The translations under genes were made by a program, and so were the position numbers. A DNA stretch of 64,000 nucleotides from a virus, in IMG/VR virus record IMGVR_UViG_3300036770_008028, positions 32,001-96,000 of that record. One strand, given 5' to 3'. The notes under the pieces were generated by a model. It was not told the DNA's origin. It saw only the letters and a program-made list of their open reading frames with translations, and ran no database searches. Positions 27,946-40,100 of this stretch are shown here, in pieces; positions within the stretch are counted from its first letter, which is position 1; every line of letters begins with the position of its first letter.

Positions 27946-30266
27946 TGCCTGATAACATAGAACGCACCAAAGGTAGACCAAAAGGTTACAAATTTGACCG
28001 TGGCGGCATGCCGGCGGAATTTGGTCCATTCATTGGCATAGTCAAGAACAATGTAGACCCTACTCGCAGTGGCCGATTGCAGGTGTACATAGAAGCATTC
28101 TCGGGGCAGGATCCCGAAGATGAAAGCCTGTGGCGCACAGTGAGTTACATTCCGCCTTTTTATGGACAGACTCCACACACAGGCACCGATGATGGCGCTG
28201 GCACTTTCACTGGCAATGCACAGAGTTATGGTATGTGGTTTACCCCGCCCGATCTCGACAGCCGGGTGGCCTGTTTTTTCGCCGAAGGTGATCCAAACCA
28301 AGGTTTCTATTTCGCCTGCGTGCCGGAGCCCGGTGTCAATCACATGATACCAGCCATTGGCGCCAGCCGGCGTTTTGCGTTTGACAACTCGCAAACCCCG
28401 CCCACCCTGGCAGCGGCCAGCCAACTGCCCGTGACAGAAATAAACACCCAGGATCTAGCCATCACTGATAACCCTAGATTCTTTGATCAGACCAAACCGG
28501 TGCACAGTTATCTGGCTGGTATCATGATGCAGCAGGGACTGATCACGGACAATGTTCGCGGACCTATCACTTCAAACAGCCAGAGAGAAACACCAAGTGC
28601 GTGTTTTGGAATCTCCACACCAGGACGCGCAATCTATCAAGGCGGCCTATCCGAAGCCGATATCAAAGGACAGTTGGAGCGCGGACAACTGAGACCGCAG
28701 GATGTGGAAGTGATAGCCCGTCGTGGTGGTCACAGCATCGTGATGGATGATGGAGATCTCGAAGGCCAGGACAATCTTGTGCGGATACGCACAGCCAAAG
28801 GTCATCAGATCACCATGAGTGATGACGGCGACTGTTTCTATGTGATACATGCCAATGGACAGACCTGGATAGAACTGGGCAAGCAGGGCACGGTAGATGT
28901 GTTTTCTACCAACTCTGTGAACGTGCGTACACAGGGCACGATCAATCTGCATGCGGATCGCGACATCAACATGTTCGCTGGAGGCGCTATCAACATCAAG
29001 AGCACCACCATGAAGATGCAGGCCGATGTGAGTCTTGACATCTTAGGAACCGGTCGGATGACCCTGTACAGCAAGAACGTCATCGGTATCAAGAGTGATG
29101 GCAGCCTGGCCTTGAAAAGTGTCTCTGCAGGTTCCTGGGACGGCGGCAGCGGTCTAAATCTCAAGGCCGGTTGTATCAATCTCAATTCCGGTGGTGCTGC
29201 TCCTGTGACCACACCCAGCAATCTCAGAGATTTCAGTCTAGCCGACACCAAATTTACCCCCACCGAAGGATGGACCGTGGAGTTTGGAAAACTTAAAACC
29301 ATAGTGACCCGCGCCCCCACTCATGAACCCTATCCCTATCATAATCAAGGCGTCAGCGCAGTCACGCAGTTGTCAGAAACTCCGCCCACAGATCTCACGC
29401 AGGCCACGGCCGAAACCCTGTCAGGCCTGAGAGAAGTGCCTGTGACCAATGGCATAGATTCTGCAGCGTTTCTGGAACAAGGCGCCGCCGAAATTTCTGT
29501 GGGCAGCCTAGATACCACGCAGGTCACTGGACTCCTGGCCCAGGCCTCGGCAGATGTGGGACAGTCTTTTGATGTGGTCAGCCTTGACAAGGGCATTGGC
29601 AAATTTGGCCTGTCAGCGGATCAGTTGGAATCCTCAGGATTCCTCAAACCTGGCACTGTGCAGACCTTCCTGAAAGATCCGGCGCAGCTAGAAACCGTGC
29701 TGAGCAGTCCATCGGTGTGGACGGGCAAGGCTGGCATAGGTAATCTCAGTTCATTGTTGACTGATCCAAAACTGCAGGATCTCACGCAGAATGAAATCAT
29801 GGTATCGGCACTGGACGGATTGAAATCTGCAGGTGTGGTCACTGGCTCCGAATCCCCACAACAGTTGGCATCATTTGTGCAGACTGCCAGCAAGTTTGGG
29901 GTGAACACCACCCTGGACTGGGTCAAGGGCGCAGCGCCTGCGGACCTTGCCACGCAGATAAATTCAGTGGCTAAAAATGCACAGTATGCTGTGAATTTCG
30001 TAGACAACAAGGCATCAGAGCTCACCACCGGTGGTGTGAGACTGGGAGGATTCACCAGCACAGTAGAGCGAGGTGCAGTAGATCGCGCAGTGTCTGGCAT
30101 TATCAACAATCCCAAGGTGCCTGTGCCAAACTTTGATACGGGATTGTACAGCAACACTCCCACCAGTAACTTGACCTACGAGGGCGACGACCCCATAGTG
30201 ATCGAGCGAGTAAATGCTGAACGCCGGCGCCGTGGACTGCCACCTCTGGGCGGCATTGATATCTAG
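27945..30266 (+). CDS. gp5: Baseplate central spike (T4 gp5/VgrG-like)
   Basis: OB-fold DPTRSGRLQVYI, YGMWFTPPD; beta-helix GHSIVMDD, RTAKGHQITMSD; PTHEPY. Confidence 0.85.
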   Translation: MPDNIERTKGRPKGYKFDRGGMPAEFGPFIGIVKNNVDPTRSGRLQVYIEAFSGQDPEDESLWRTVSYIPPFYGQTPHTGTDDGAGTFTGNAQSYGMWFTPPDLDSRVACFFAEGDPNQGFYFACVPEPGVNHMIPAIGASRRFAFDNSQTPPTLAAASQLPVTEINTQDLAITDNPRFFDQTKPVHSYLAGIMMQQGLITDNVRGPITSNSQRETPSACFGISTPGRAIYQGGLSEADIKGQLERGQLRPQDVEVIARRGGHSIVMDDGDLEGQDNLVRIRTAKGHQITMSDDGDCFYVIHANGQTWIELGKQGTVDVFSTNSVNVRTQGTINLHADRDINMFAGGAINIKSTTMKMQADVSLDILGTGRMTLYSKNVIGIKSDGSLALKSVSAGSWDGGSGLNLKAGCINLNSGGAAPVTTPSNLRDFSLADTKFTPTEGWTVEFGKLKTIVTRAPTHEPYPYHNQGVSAVTQLSETPPTDLTQATAETLSGLREVPVTNGIDSAAFLEQGAAEISVGSLDTTQVTGLLAQASADVGQSFDVVSLDKGIGKFGLSADQLESSGFLKPGTVQTFLKDPAQLETVLSSPSVWTGKAGIGNLSSLLTDPKLQDLTQNEIMVSALDGLKSAGVVTGSESPQQLASFVQTASKFGVNTTLDWVKGAAPADLATQINSVAKNAQYAVNFVDNKASELTTGGVRLGGFTSTVERGAVDRAVSGIINNPKVPVPNFDTGLYSNTPTSNLTYEGDDPIVIERVNAERRRRGLPPLGGIDI

Positions 30267-30277
30267 TTAAATACAGC

Positions 30278-30652
30278 ATGCCTACGTTCATCGGATTCAA
30301 CACCATCAATCAGTTCAAGAAATTCACCCTGGTGGATTTTGAACTGATCAAGAGAGATCTCGCCAATGCTTTCAATATCCAGCAGGGAGAATTGCCAGGT
30401 CGGCCAGCCTATGGTACCACGCTCTGGAGTTATGTGTTTGAGAGCCAGACTCCAGAAAGCCAGCAGGCTATCCTGCAGGAGATACAACGGGTGGCCGGCG
30501 GTGATCCCAGGATCTACATCGCGGACGCCAATGCATATCCACAGGACAATGGTATACTGATAGAGATCTTGGTGCAGGTAGTGGCCAGTGAGACTGCCGA
30601 GCGCCTGGTCATATTCTTTGATCAAGAAACACGCAGGGCCAGTTTCATCTAA
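30278..30652 (+). CDS. gp25: Baseplate wedge protein gp25
   Basis: LIKRDLANAFNIQQGE...P.YGT.LW.YVFE...DPRI; TAAATA 4 nt before the ATG. Confidence 0.9.
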   Translation: MPTFIGFNTINQFKKFTLVDFELIKRDLANAFNIQQGELPGRPAYGTTLWSYVFESQTPESQQAILQEIQRVAGGDPRIYIADANAYPQDNGILIEILVQVVASETAERLVIFFDQETRRASFI

Positions 30653-30699
30653 AACTGCGCAGTTTTTGACTGCCATAAATATCAGAAAGATGAGATGCC

Positions 30700-33600
30700 A
30701 TGGCCAAAACCGCTAGACAGACTGCTATTTTCGGTGTAGAAGACTGGAAAAGACTGTATCAGACTTTCCGTGAAGCCGACTTCCAATCCTATGATTTCGA
30801 GACCCTACGCAAGAGTTTTGTTGACTATCTCCGCGTGTACTATCCGGAAACGTTCAATGATTACATAGAATCTTCTGAATTCATAGCCCTGCTTGATGTG
30901 ATGGCGTTCATGGGCCAGGCTCTGGCCTTCCGTAATGATCTCAATGCTAGGGAAAACTTCTTAGACACTGCGGAGCGACGAGATTCTGTGGTTCGTTTGG
31001 CCAACTTGGTTAGTTATACTCCCAAACGCAATCAAGCGGCACAGGGTTTTCTCAAAGTGTTTTCTGTGGCCACCACAGAAAATCTCACAGATTTCAACGG
31101 AATCAGCCTGGCCAATGTCACTGTGGATTGGAACGATCCTACCAATCCCAACTGGTTAGAACAGTTCACTCAGATCATCAATGCTGCCTTGGTGGACAGC
31201 CAGAAATTTGGACGTCCGGGTGCCAGCCAGAACATCCTGGGTGTGCGCACCGACGAGTATGCGATCAATATCGTGCCAGGCTTTCTAGCAGTGGTGCCTT
31301 ATACTGCCACGGTTGATGGTGTGAACATGCCTTTTGAAGCTGTGTCTGCCACCACCGAAGGACAAGACTACGTTTACGAACCTGCACCTCGACCATCGGG
31401 TGTGTTCAATATCTTGTATCGCAATGATCAACTGGGATTCGGCAGCGATGACACAGGCTTTTTCTTCCTGTTCAAGCAGGGTGTGTTGCAGAATCAGGAT
31501 TTCAACTTGGCAGAGGCAGTGGCCAACCGTACAGTGAATATCAACATTGAAGGCTGTAATCAAGAAGACCACTGGCTTTATAAACTGGATGACGTGGGCA
31601 GCATCGCAGATGAGTGGACGTTTGTGGAAAGCATCTATGCTGGCGCGGTTGAACAACTGGCACCGGACCAACGACAACTGTACTCTATAACCAGCCGCGC
31701 CAATGATCAGATCACTCTTACCTTTGGCGACGGGGTGTTTGCAGAAATTCCCGTAGGTTTTTTCCGAGCCTATGTACGGGCGTCAAATGGTCTGCAGTAT
31801 ATCATCAACCCGGAAGAAATGCAGGCGGTGCCTATCACGCTGTCTTACATATCTCGATTTGGCAGACTAGAAACACTGACCTTGACCTGTGGTATCACAC
31901 AACCTGTGAGCAATGCTCAGCCACGCGAGACCATACAGGAAATCAAGCAACGTGCTCCGGCGCGTTACTACACCCAGAACAGGATGGTGAACGGTGAAGA
32001 CTACAATAACTTTCCCTTCACGAAGTTCAATTCTATCATCAAGAGCAAGGCCGTGGCCCGCAGTAGCATCGGTACAAGTCGTTACATCGATCTCACGGAT
32101 ATCACCGGAAAATATTCATCTACCAATATCTTTGCCAGCGACGGGCTGATCTATCGCGAGAATGTGTTGCCCACTTTCAATTTCGCATGGATCAATCGCA
32201 ACGAGATCGTGGATGTGATCAACAATTCAGTGGAACCATTGTTGGGCACACGCAGCCTCAACCAGTTTTACTATGCCAATTTCATCCGTCCCAATCTCGC
32301 TGTGCTCAATCTATCTTGGCAGCAGAGCACGAGATTGGTCAACGAAACAACTGGATTTTTCTATGTAGGCACTGCGGCCTCGCCGAGACCCATTGGAGAG
32401 TTTTCCAGCAACAACACCAGATACATCACACAGGGCAGCCTGATTAAATTTGAACCACCCGCGGGATTTTTCTTTGATGCCAACAATCGGCTGGTGGCAG
32501 GTGTACCTGTGCGAGCCGATGAAAAATTGGTAGTCTGGGCCACAGTCACAGCAGTGGTAGGTGATGGCACCAATCAAGGACAGGGCAATCTCGACGATGG
32601 ATCTGGCCCAGTGACCTTGAACAATTTCGTGCCAACTGGCGCACGAGCCACACAGGTCATTCCTAAATTTTCCACAGATCTTACCAGCACTGTAGAAAAC
32701 AGCGCGATACAGCAGATCGAACTGTTTCGTAATTTCGGCCTGGGATATAACAATCTCGCAGGTGAATGGTACGTGATCACCAGCACCAATCTCGCTGCTG
32801 ATGCTGCATTCAGTCTGGCCAACCAGCAGAGCACCGCAGGAACCAATCTTGATGCATCGTGGCTGGTGCAGTTTGTCACGGATGGTGTGAGTTATACCGT
32901 GACCAGCCGCGGCCTAGATTATCTCTGGGGATCAGTGATACAGACACGTTTCACATTTGATGGCAGCGAAGAAGTCTACGATAGCCGCACAGGCCTGGTG
33001 ATCAATGATTTCGTCCGAGCGCTCAAGACCAACAGTCGACCTGATACCAACGAACCATTGACCAATGATATCACCATGGACATCATCGCGCAGCCGGTTG
33101 AAAGCGATGGATATGTCAACGATTATCAGGTCGTGGTTAGTTACGCTGACAGCGATGCTGATGGGGTCGCTGACGATCCTGATTTCTTTGATACCTTGGT
33201 AGCGCCCACAGTGGATTCCACACGCAAACTGGTGTTCTTGCAACTAGTCACTGACTTCGATGATCTTGAGAGATATCTTCCAGTGGCCAGCGGAGTGGTT
33301 AACACGCTTTATGCAACCAAAGATGCCATAGAATTAGTGAAAACTGAATTTGTAGATGGCCAGATTTTTTACGCCACTACAGAACAGGCTTTCTATGAAC
33401 TAGAAGTTGACGTGATCAATGGTGTGATCCAGCGTGTTCTGGTACCTCGCACAGACTTTGAATCTCGGGTGGGACGCCAGGATCTTTATTTCCAATATCG
33501 TCACAATTCGCCATTGACCAACGTGATCGATCCGGGTGTGACCAATATCATCGATCTCTATGTAGTGGTGCAGGAATACTATACCCAGTATCAGAATTAC

Positions 33601-34170
33601 ATACGTGACACCACTGGCTCTGTTCCAGAGCCTCCTATTCCGACTCTGGGACAGTTGACCACGGCCTATTCTGGACTCAATGATTTCAAGATGATATCGG
33701 ATAACATCGTACTGAATTCTGTGTTATTCAAACCCTTGTTTGGCGCTAAAGCCGCTCCAGAACTCAGAGCAGTGATCAAAGTGGTGCGTGCGCCAAAGAC
33801 CACGGCTTCGGTAAGCGAGATCAAGAGCCAGGTAGTGGCCAATATGAACAACTATTTCAGCATTGACAAATGGGACTTTGGTGACAGTTTCTTCTTCTCG
33901 GAGTTGGCAGCATATCTGCATGAGCAGATGGGCAGCATCATCAGTTCTGTGGTGTTGGTGCCGTTGAATCCTCTCAAGAGTTTTGGAGATCTCTACGAAA
34001 TAAGATCCGCACCTAACGAGATTTTCGTCAATGCTACCACGGTCACTGACGTAGAAGTGATCGAAGCATTGACACAGAGTAATCTCCGTAGCCAGACCGC
34101 AGTTTCTGGACTGGCACCTACCAGCATCAGCCAAGGTACTGCAGGCCGCGGCACAGTGACAGGCGCATGA
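30700..34170 (+). CDS. gp6: Baseplate wedge protein gp6
   Basis: YDFETLR, ARENFLDTAERRDSV, YTPKR, FGDGVF, IKQRAP...QNRMVNGEDY; TAAATA at 30676-30681. Confidence 0.9.
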   Translation: MAKTARQTAIFGVEDWKRLYQTFREADFQSYDFETLRKSFVDYLRVYYPETFNDYIESSEFIALLDVMAFMGQALAFRNDLNARENFLDTAERRDSVVRLANLVSYTPKRNQAAQGFLKVFSVATTENLTDFNGISLANVTVDWNDPTNPNWLEQFTQIINAALVDSQKFGRPGASQNILGVRTDEYAINIVPGFLAVVPYTATVDGVNMPFEAVSATTEGQDYVYEPAPRPSGVFNILYRNDQLGFGSDDTGFFFLFKQGVLQNQDFNLAEAVANRTVNINIEGCNQEDHWLYKLDDVGSIADEWTFVESIYAGAVEQLAPDQRQLYSITSRANDQITLTFGDGVFAEIPVGFFRAYVRASNGLQYIINPEEMQAVPITLSYISRFGRLETLTLTCGITQPVSNAQPRETIQEIKQRAPARYYTQNRMVNGEDYNNFPFTKFNSIIKSKAVARSSIGTSRYIDLTDITGKYSSTNIFASDGLIYRENVLPTFNFAWINRNEIVDVINNSVEPLLGTRSLNQFYYANFIRPNLAVLNLSWQQSTRLVNETTGFFYVGTAASPRPIGEFSSNNTRYITQGSLIKFEPPAGFFFDANNRLVAGVPVRADEKLVVWATVTAVVGDGTNQGQGNLDDGSGPVTLNNFVPTGARATQVIPKFSTDLTSTVENSAIQQIELFRNFGLGYNNLAGEWYVITSTNLAADAAFSLANQQSTAGTNLDASWLVQFVTDGVSYTVTSRGLDYLWGSVIQTRFTFDGSEEVYDSRTGLVINDFVRALKTNSRPDTNEPLTNDITMDIIAQPVESDGYVNDYQVVVSYADSDADGVADDPDFFDTLVAPTVDSTRKLVFLQLVTDFDDLERYLPVASGVVNTLYATKDAIELVKTEFVDGQIFYATTEQAFYELEVDVINGVIQRVLVPRTDFESRVGRQDLYFQYRHNSPLTNVIDPGVTNIIDLYVVVQEYYTQYQNYIRDTTGSVPEPPIPTLGQLTTAYSGLNDFKMISDNIVLNSVLFKPLFGAKAAPELRAVIKVVRAPKTTASVSEIKSQVVANMNNYFSIDKWDFGDSFFFSELAAYLHEQMGSIISSVVLVPLNPLKSFGDLYEIRSAPNEIFVNATTVTDVEVIEALTQSNLRSQTAVSGLAPTSISQGTAGRGTVTGA

Positions 34171-34171
34171 T

Positions 34172-37100
34172 ATGGCAAGACGCAGAACAGTAGACCTACT
34201 ACCTGAGATTTTCCGCACCGAAACCAACCGGCAGTTCCTGTCGGCCACCTTGGATCAACTCGCACAGGAACCCAACCTCAAGCGCACACAAGGTTATGTA
34301 GGTCGCCGAGTCGGGCCTGGAGTCAACCCTGCCGATAACTACGTAGCAGAATCTACGGCCGCACGAGCAGATTACCAGTTAGAACCAGGAGTGGTATTCT
34401 TCAGACCAGAGACCACCACGGCCACGGATGCTATCACGTATCCTGGCATGATCGATGCCTTGGCTTTGCAAGGTGCCAACACCGACCGCCAAGATCGATT
34501 GTTCCAGAGCCAGTACTATTCCTGGGATCCATTCTGCGATCTAGACAAGTTTACCAATTATAGCCAATACTACTGGTTGCCAGAAGGCCCGGATTCAGTA
34601 GATGTAAGTTCGGCATTCTATCCTACCACCGATTCGTGGGAAGTCACACGCAGCGGGGGTGCTTACCAGTTCAGCGACGAAGCCGGCAACAATCCTGTGA
34701 TCACTTTGGTACGTGGCGGCAACTATACCTTTGATGTGAGCCAGACTGGAAATCCGTTCTGGATACAGGCTGCTCCGGGCATCGCTGGCACCATGCCAGG
34801 TACGCCCAACATCTCTAGCCGCAATGTGCTAGGAGTGATCAACAACGGCGAAGATCTTGGTACAGTGACGTTTAATGTACCTCTCAAGACCGCACAAAAT
34901 TTCTTCTATGGACTTACCGATATCGGCACGGTGGATCTGATCACCGATATTAAATTCAACGAAATCAATAACATCTACGTCAGTGAATTCCTGCAGCGAT
35001 ATCCAGATGGTATCGACGGTATCACCAATCTTAACAATCGCACAGTGGTATTCACCAACCGAATTGAAAATGCACAGGACGGTGGATGGCAGATAACCAC
35101 ACAGTTTGATCCTCTGTTGAGAGAACAACCTCCTGAGATTATTACCAATGGTCTTCCTGGAAGTTTTGACACTACTTTGTTTGATCAGACCACGGACATC
35201 GCCACACAAGCACAACGCTATAGTATATGGCAGATACAGTATATCTTGGACAATGATGGTCAGCCTTTCATGCGCCTCGGCAGCATCCGTCCGGTGCCTA
35301 ATCTCAACAAGTTCAGCATAGCATTTGGTACTGAATTCAGCAGCACCCAGTGGTACAAAAATGCCGAGGGATTTTTTGAGCGCATACCGTTGCTTACCGC
35401 GGTGCTGGATACCTTGTATTATCAAGATGGCACAGATCCCACTATCTTTGGTCGTATACAACTGGTAGATCAGAGCGAAAACAATCCAATCAACATCGAC
35501 GATATCATTGGGGCTAAAAATTATATATCGCCCAATGGTGTGGTATTCACCAATGGACTCAAAGTACAGTTCCGCGGGCTAACCGAACCTGCACGTTATC
35601 AGGATCTTGAGTACTATGTGGAAGGTGTGGGTACGGGTCCCGGAATCGACAGTCGTGTGGGATTTATCGACGGTGAAGCCTATTTCGGTGCTTATCATAC
35701 TGTGGGCACGCAGAAGGTCACTGGTGCCACACAGAGCACTGAATTTTTCCAACAGTACATCTATGACACTGTGGAAGAAAGCCTGCTTAATATCGGCGCC
35801 GGAACTCCAGCCGGGGCTCCTTTGCCTCCAGATGGAATATTGAATGCCACGGTGGGCAACGGTATCAAATTGTTGCCAGTATCTAGTTTTGTCACTCCTG
35901 AAACGTATACTCGCAGCCTAAGTACACCTTACGACAGCACTCCTTACGATGCTACACCCTATGATGACACACTGAATGCACCTATCATTCCAGACTACAT
36001 CACTATAAATCGTGCCAGCCGAGATCTCAACCCCTGGACACGCAGCAATAGATGGTTCCACAGAGACGTGATCCAGGCTACGGCAGATTACAACAATCAG
36101 ATACCAATTTTTGACAATGATGCCCGCGGCAAGCGCCCCATCATTGAATTCCGCAACAATCTCAAACTGTTTAATTTTGGAACACAGGCCAAGATCCCAG
36201 TCAACATAGTGGACTTCCAAGAAACAGATGCACTCAGCAACATCAATGGCCAATTGGGCTACGGTGTTGACGGGTACAATTTCATCGACGGATCTTTGGT
36301 GATATTCGCTGCGGATATCGATCCAGATGTGCGCAATCGCATCTATCGGGTGGAGTTCATCGATCCTGATGGCACAGATGCATCGCCCAGGATCATCAAT
36401 CTCGAAACAGTTTTCCAAGGGGAAGCCTTGGTCAATCAAACAGTGGTCAGTCTCAGTGGAACCACCCAACAAGGACTGAGTTACTGGTTTGATGGCAGCA
36501 ACTGGATTCCGACACAGCAGAAAACCGGAGTGAATCAGGCTCCCTTGTTTGATGTCTATGATATCACTGGGCACAGTCTTAGCGATCAAACGGTGTACCC
36601 CAGCAGCACATTTGCCGGTAGTCGATTGTTCGGTTATGCAGTGGGCGGCACACAGAGATCCGACGAAGTGTTGGGATTCGCTCTGCAGTTCCTCAACATC
36701 AACAACGTGGGCGACATCGTCTTTGAGAATTATTTCTACACAGACACATTCCTCTACGTGAGGAATTCTGTGAGCCAGACAGAACCCATCAGCATAGGCT
36801 TCGTGCGCCAGTATGTGGATCGTACATCATTCTCAGATCTCATCGGATGGCAACGAGCAGCAGCAGAAAATCGCAGCCGCCAGGTGTTTAGATTCATATA
36901 TGACGATACGCCGTTGGTTTTGGATATACCAGTGGATGAAACTGCGGTGTATGCTCCGCTGCAGGTATTCCAAGGAACCACTTTCCTTGACCCCGATCAG
37001 TATACCTATGTGATTTCGGACAATGCCACAGTGATCACCATCACAGATCCTCCAGAGACTGGCACCATCATCGAAGTACAGGTGATCAGCAATGAGACCA

Positions 37101-40100
37101 GTGGTGTGGGTTTTTACCAGGTGCCATTGAATCTAGAAAACAATCCTCTCAATGAAAATTCAGAGAGGTTCACACTGGGCACTATCCGCACGCATTATCA
37201 GAGTATCGGACAGAATCTCCGAGACATCCGCGGTGACATCGACGGTCCCAACAATTCTCGAGACCTGGGCAATATCTTGCCCTACGGCGATAACATCGTG
37301 CAACACAGTTCGCCATTGGCCTTGTCCGGAGTATTCCTCCGTCGTCAGCAGTATGAAGTGATCTCGGCCATAGAGTTCAACTCGAGAGAATATCAAAAAT
37401 ACAAAGCCCTGTTGATTGATCTGGCCGGCAAAGGTGATTTTGTCAACAATACTCCCACACAGGTACTAGACACAGTGATGACCGAGATCGCTCTCACACG
37501 CAGCGATGTCAGTCCTTTCTATTGGTCAGACATGGTACCTTTTGGACAGAACTACACAGAGACCGTGTACACATTCAGTGCGATCAGTACTTCTACCTTT
37601 GACACCCGACAGACCTATGATTATACCCAGAGCAACTTCCAGGGTCTCAATGTCTATCTCAATGGGCGCATACTCACACGAGGTTACGATTACGAAACAG
37701 GAATAGACAGCCCCACTGTGACTATCACGGTGCCATTGACAGTGGGAGATGTGATCTCGATCCGCGAATTTGCTGTCACATACGGCAACTTTGTACCCAA
37801 TACCCCTACCAAGATGGGTTTGTACGGTGCCTATCGTCCACAGAAATTCCTAGACGAAACCTATGTCACACCCACGGAAGTGATACAGGGTCATGACGGA
37901 TCCATCACTGTGGCCTTTGGCGATTATCGCGATGATGTGTTACTGGAATTTGAAACACGCATATTCAACAACATCAAGATAACGAGTTCGATTCCTTTGA
38001 CCCAGGATGAAATCATTCCCGGACAATGGAGACAGACCGATTACACGCTCCAAGAGATAACAAATATTCTCGCGCCTGACTTTTTGAGTTGGGTTGGCTG
38101 GAACAAACTTGACTACACCGCCCAGACCTATGTTAGCGACAACGGATTCACTTGGAACTACAGTCAGAGCGCCAACAAGATCGATCAACAACCATTGCTG
38201 GGAGCCTGGAGAGGCATATACAACTATTACTATGACACCACTACTCCCAACACCACACCGTGGGAAATGCTGGGATTTTCTGAAAAGCCAAATTGGTGGG
38301 AAGACTACTACGGCCCTGCACCTTATACTTCGGGCAACTTGGTGCTGTGGGAAGATCTGGCCAATGGTCTGGTGAGAGATCCTGATGGTGAATATGTGAT
38401 ACCCCTATTCCGCCGGCCGGACTTGCTGCAAGTTATCCCGTCGGGATCAGAAGGTGCGCTGTTACCACCCATTGACGTGGCCACCGGCAACTATGACGCG
38501 ACCAGTTTCCGTAGATCCTGGGTGTTTGGTGACGATGGTCCGGTAGAGAATGTGTGGCGCACATCATCCGCCTGGCCATTCGCTGTGATGCGGCTATTGG
38601 CCTTGACCAAACCAGCCAAATTTTTCAGTCTGTTTGCGGACCGAGATCGCTATGTGTTTGATCCGAATCTGGATCAGTATCTCTGGGACGGCCGTTATAG
38701 ACTAGATGCCAAGCAGTTGACTCCTCTCTACGGCGAAGCCATAGACGGCCAGGCCACAAGCAAAGCAAGTTACATCAATTGGATAATTGATTATAATCGC
38801 CAGCGCGGCACCAACAGCACAGTGAGTCTTACCGAAACTCTCAACAACATTGGGGTACGGCTGTGCTGGCGCGTGGGCGGTTTTACTGACAAACGCTATC
38901 TCAAACTTTTCACAGAGCGCTCGACACCCAACAGCCTCAACACCAGCCTGCTGCTGCCGGACGAGAGTTATCAGATCTTGCTATACAAGAATCAACCATT
39001 CCGCCAGAGTGTGTTCAGCAGTGTTGTGGTACAGAGCACGGACACAGGGTGGCAGGTGTACGGATACAGCACCACACGTCCTTATTTCAATGTGCTGGCC
39101 AGCAGGCCCAATGGTAATTTTACCGTGATAACTGCCGGCGGTCAGACCGTGAGGGTAGCGTTGGACCACAGTGATGACGTGGTACAGGTGCCCTACGGAT
39201 ATACCTTTACCTCACTCACGGCCGTGTGTGATTTCCTTTACAGTTACGGTCTGCTGTTAGAACAGCAGGGATTCGTGTTCGACACACGTGAAAATGGTTA
39301 TATCATGAACTGGCTGCAGATGGCCCAGGAATTTTTGTATTGGGCTAATCAAGGCTGGGCTCCTGGATCGATCATCAACCTCAATCCAGGAGCCACAAGA
39401 GTATCTATCTCACAACCTTTCAGTGTGGTGGACAGCCTGGCTGAATTGCGACCAGAAAATCTCATTCTGAATCAAAATCGTCAACCATTACCGTCCGGCA
39501 ATCTCGTGATAGAACGCCTGGAAAACAAATTCCAGGTCACCAGTCTGACCAGTGATACCATAAATTTCCTCAATCTCAACTTCACAGCCTTTGAACATCT
39601 GGTCATCATTGACAACGTCACTGTGTTTGCTGATCTCATATATGAGCCCGTGACTGGTGCACGCCAGAGCCGTATCTTGGTATCCGGTGCCATCTCCGGC
39701 GACTGGAACGGCACAGTAGATGCGCCAGGTTTTGTGCTCAACGAAGACAACATACAGGAATGGCGACCAAATCAGCAGTACAGCAAGGGCGAGATCGTGT
39801 TGTTCAAGAACGAATACTGGTCCGCTTCTGAGATCATACAGCCTTCTCAAGAATTTGATTACACACTCTGGGTCAAGAGTGACTATGACCAGATACAGAC
39901 TGGCCTCCTGCCCAATGCTGCCAATGCTTCTGACCAATTGGCATCTGCGTATTCCATCTATGATGCGGCCCTGGATCAAGAAGTGGATCTGTTCAGTTTT
40001 GGATTGATTGGATTCCGTCCGAGAGAGTACATGCAGGCCCTGAATCTCGACGATGTCAGCCAAGTAGGATTGTACCAGCAGTTCCTAGGCAGCAAAGGCA

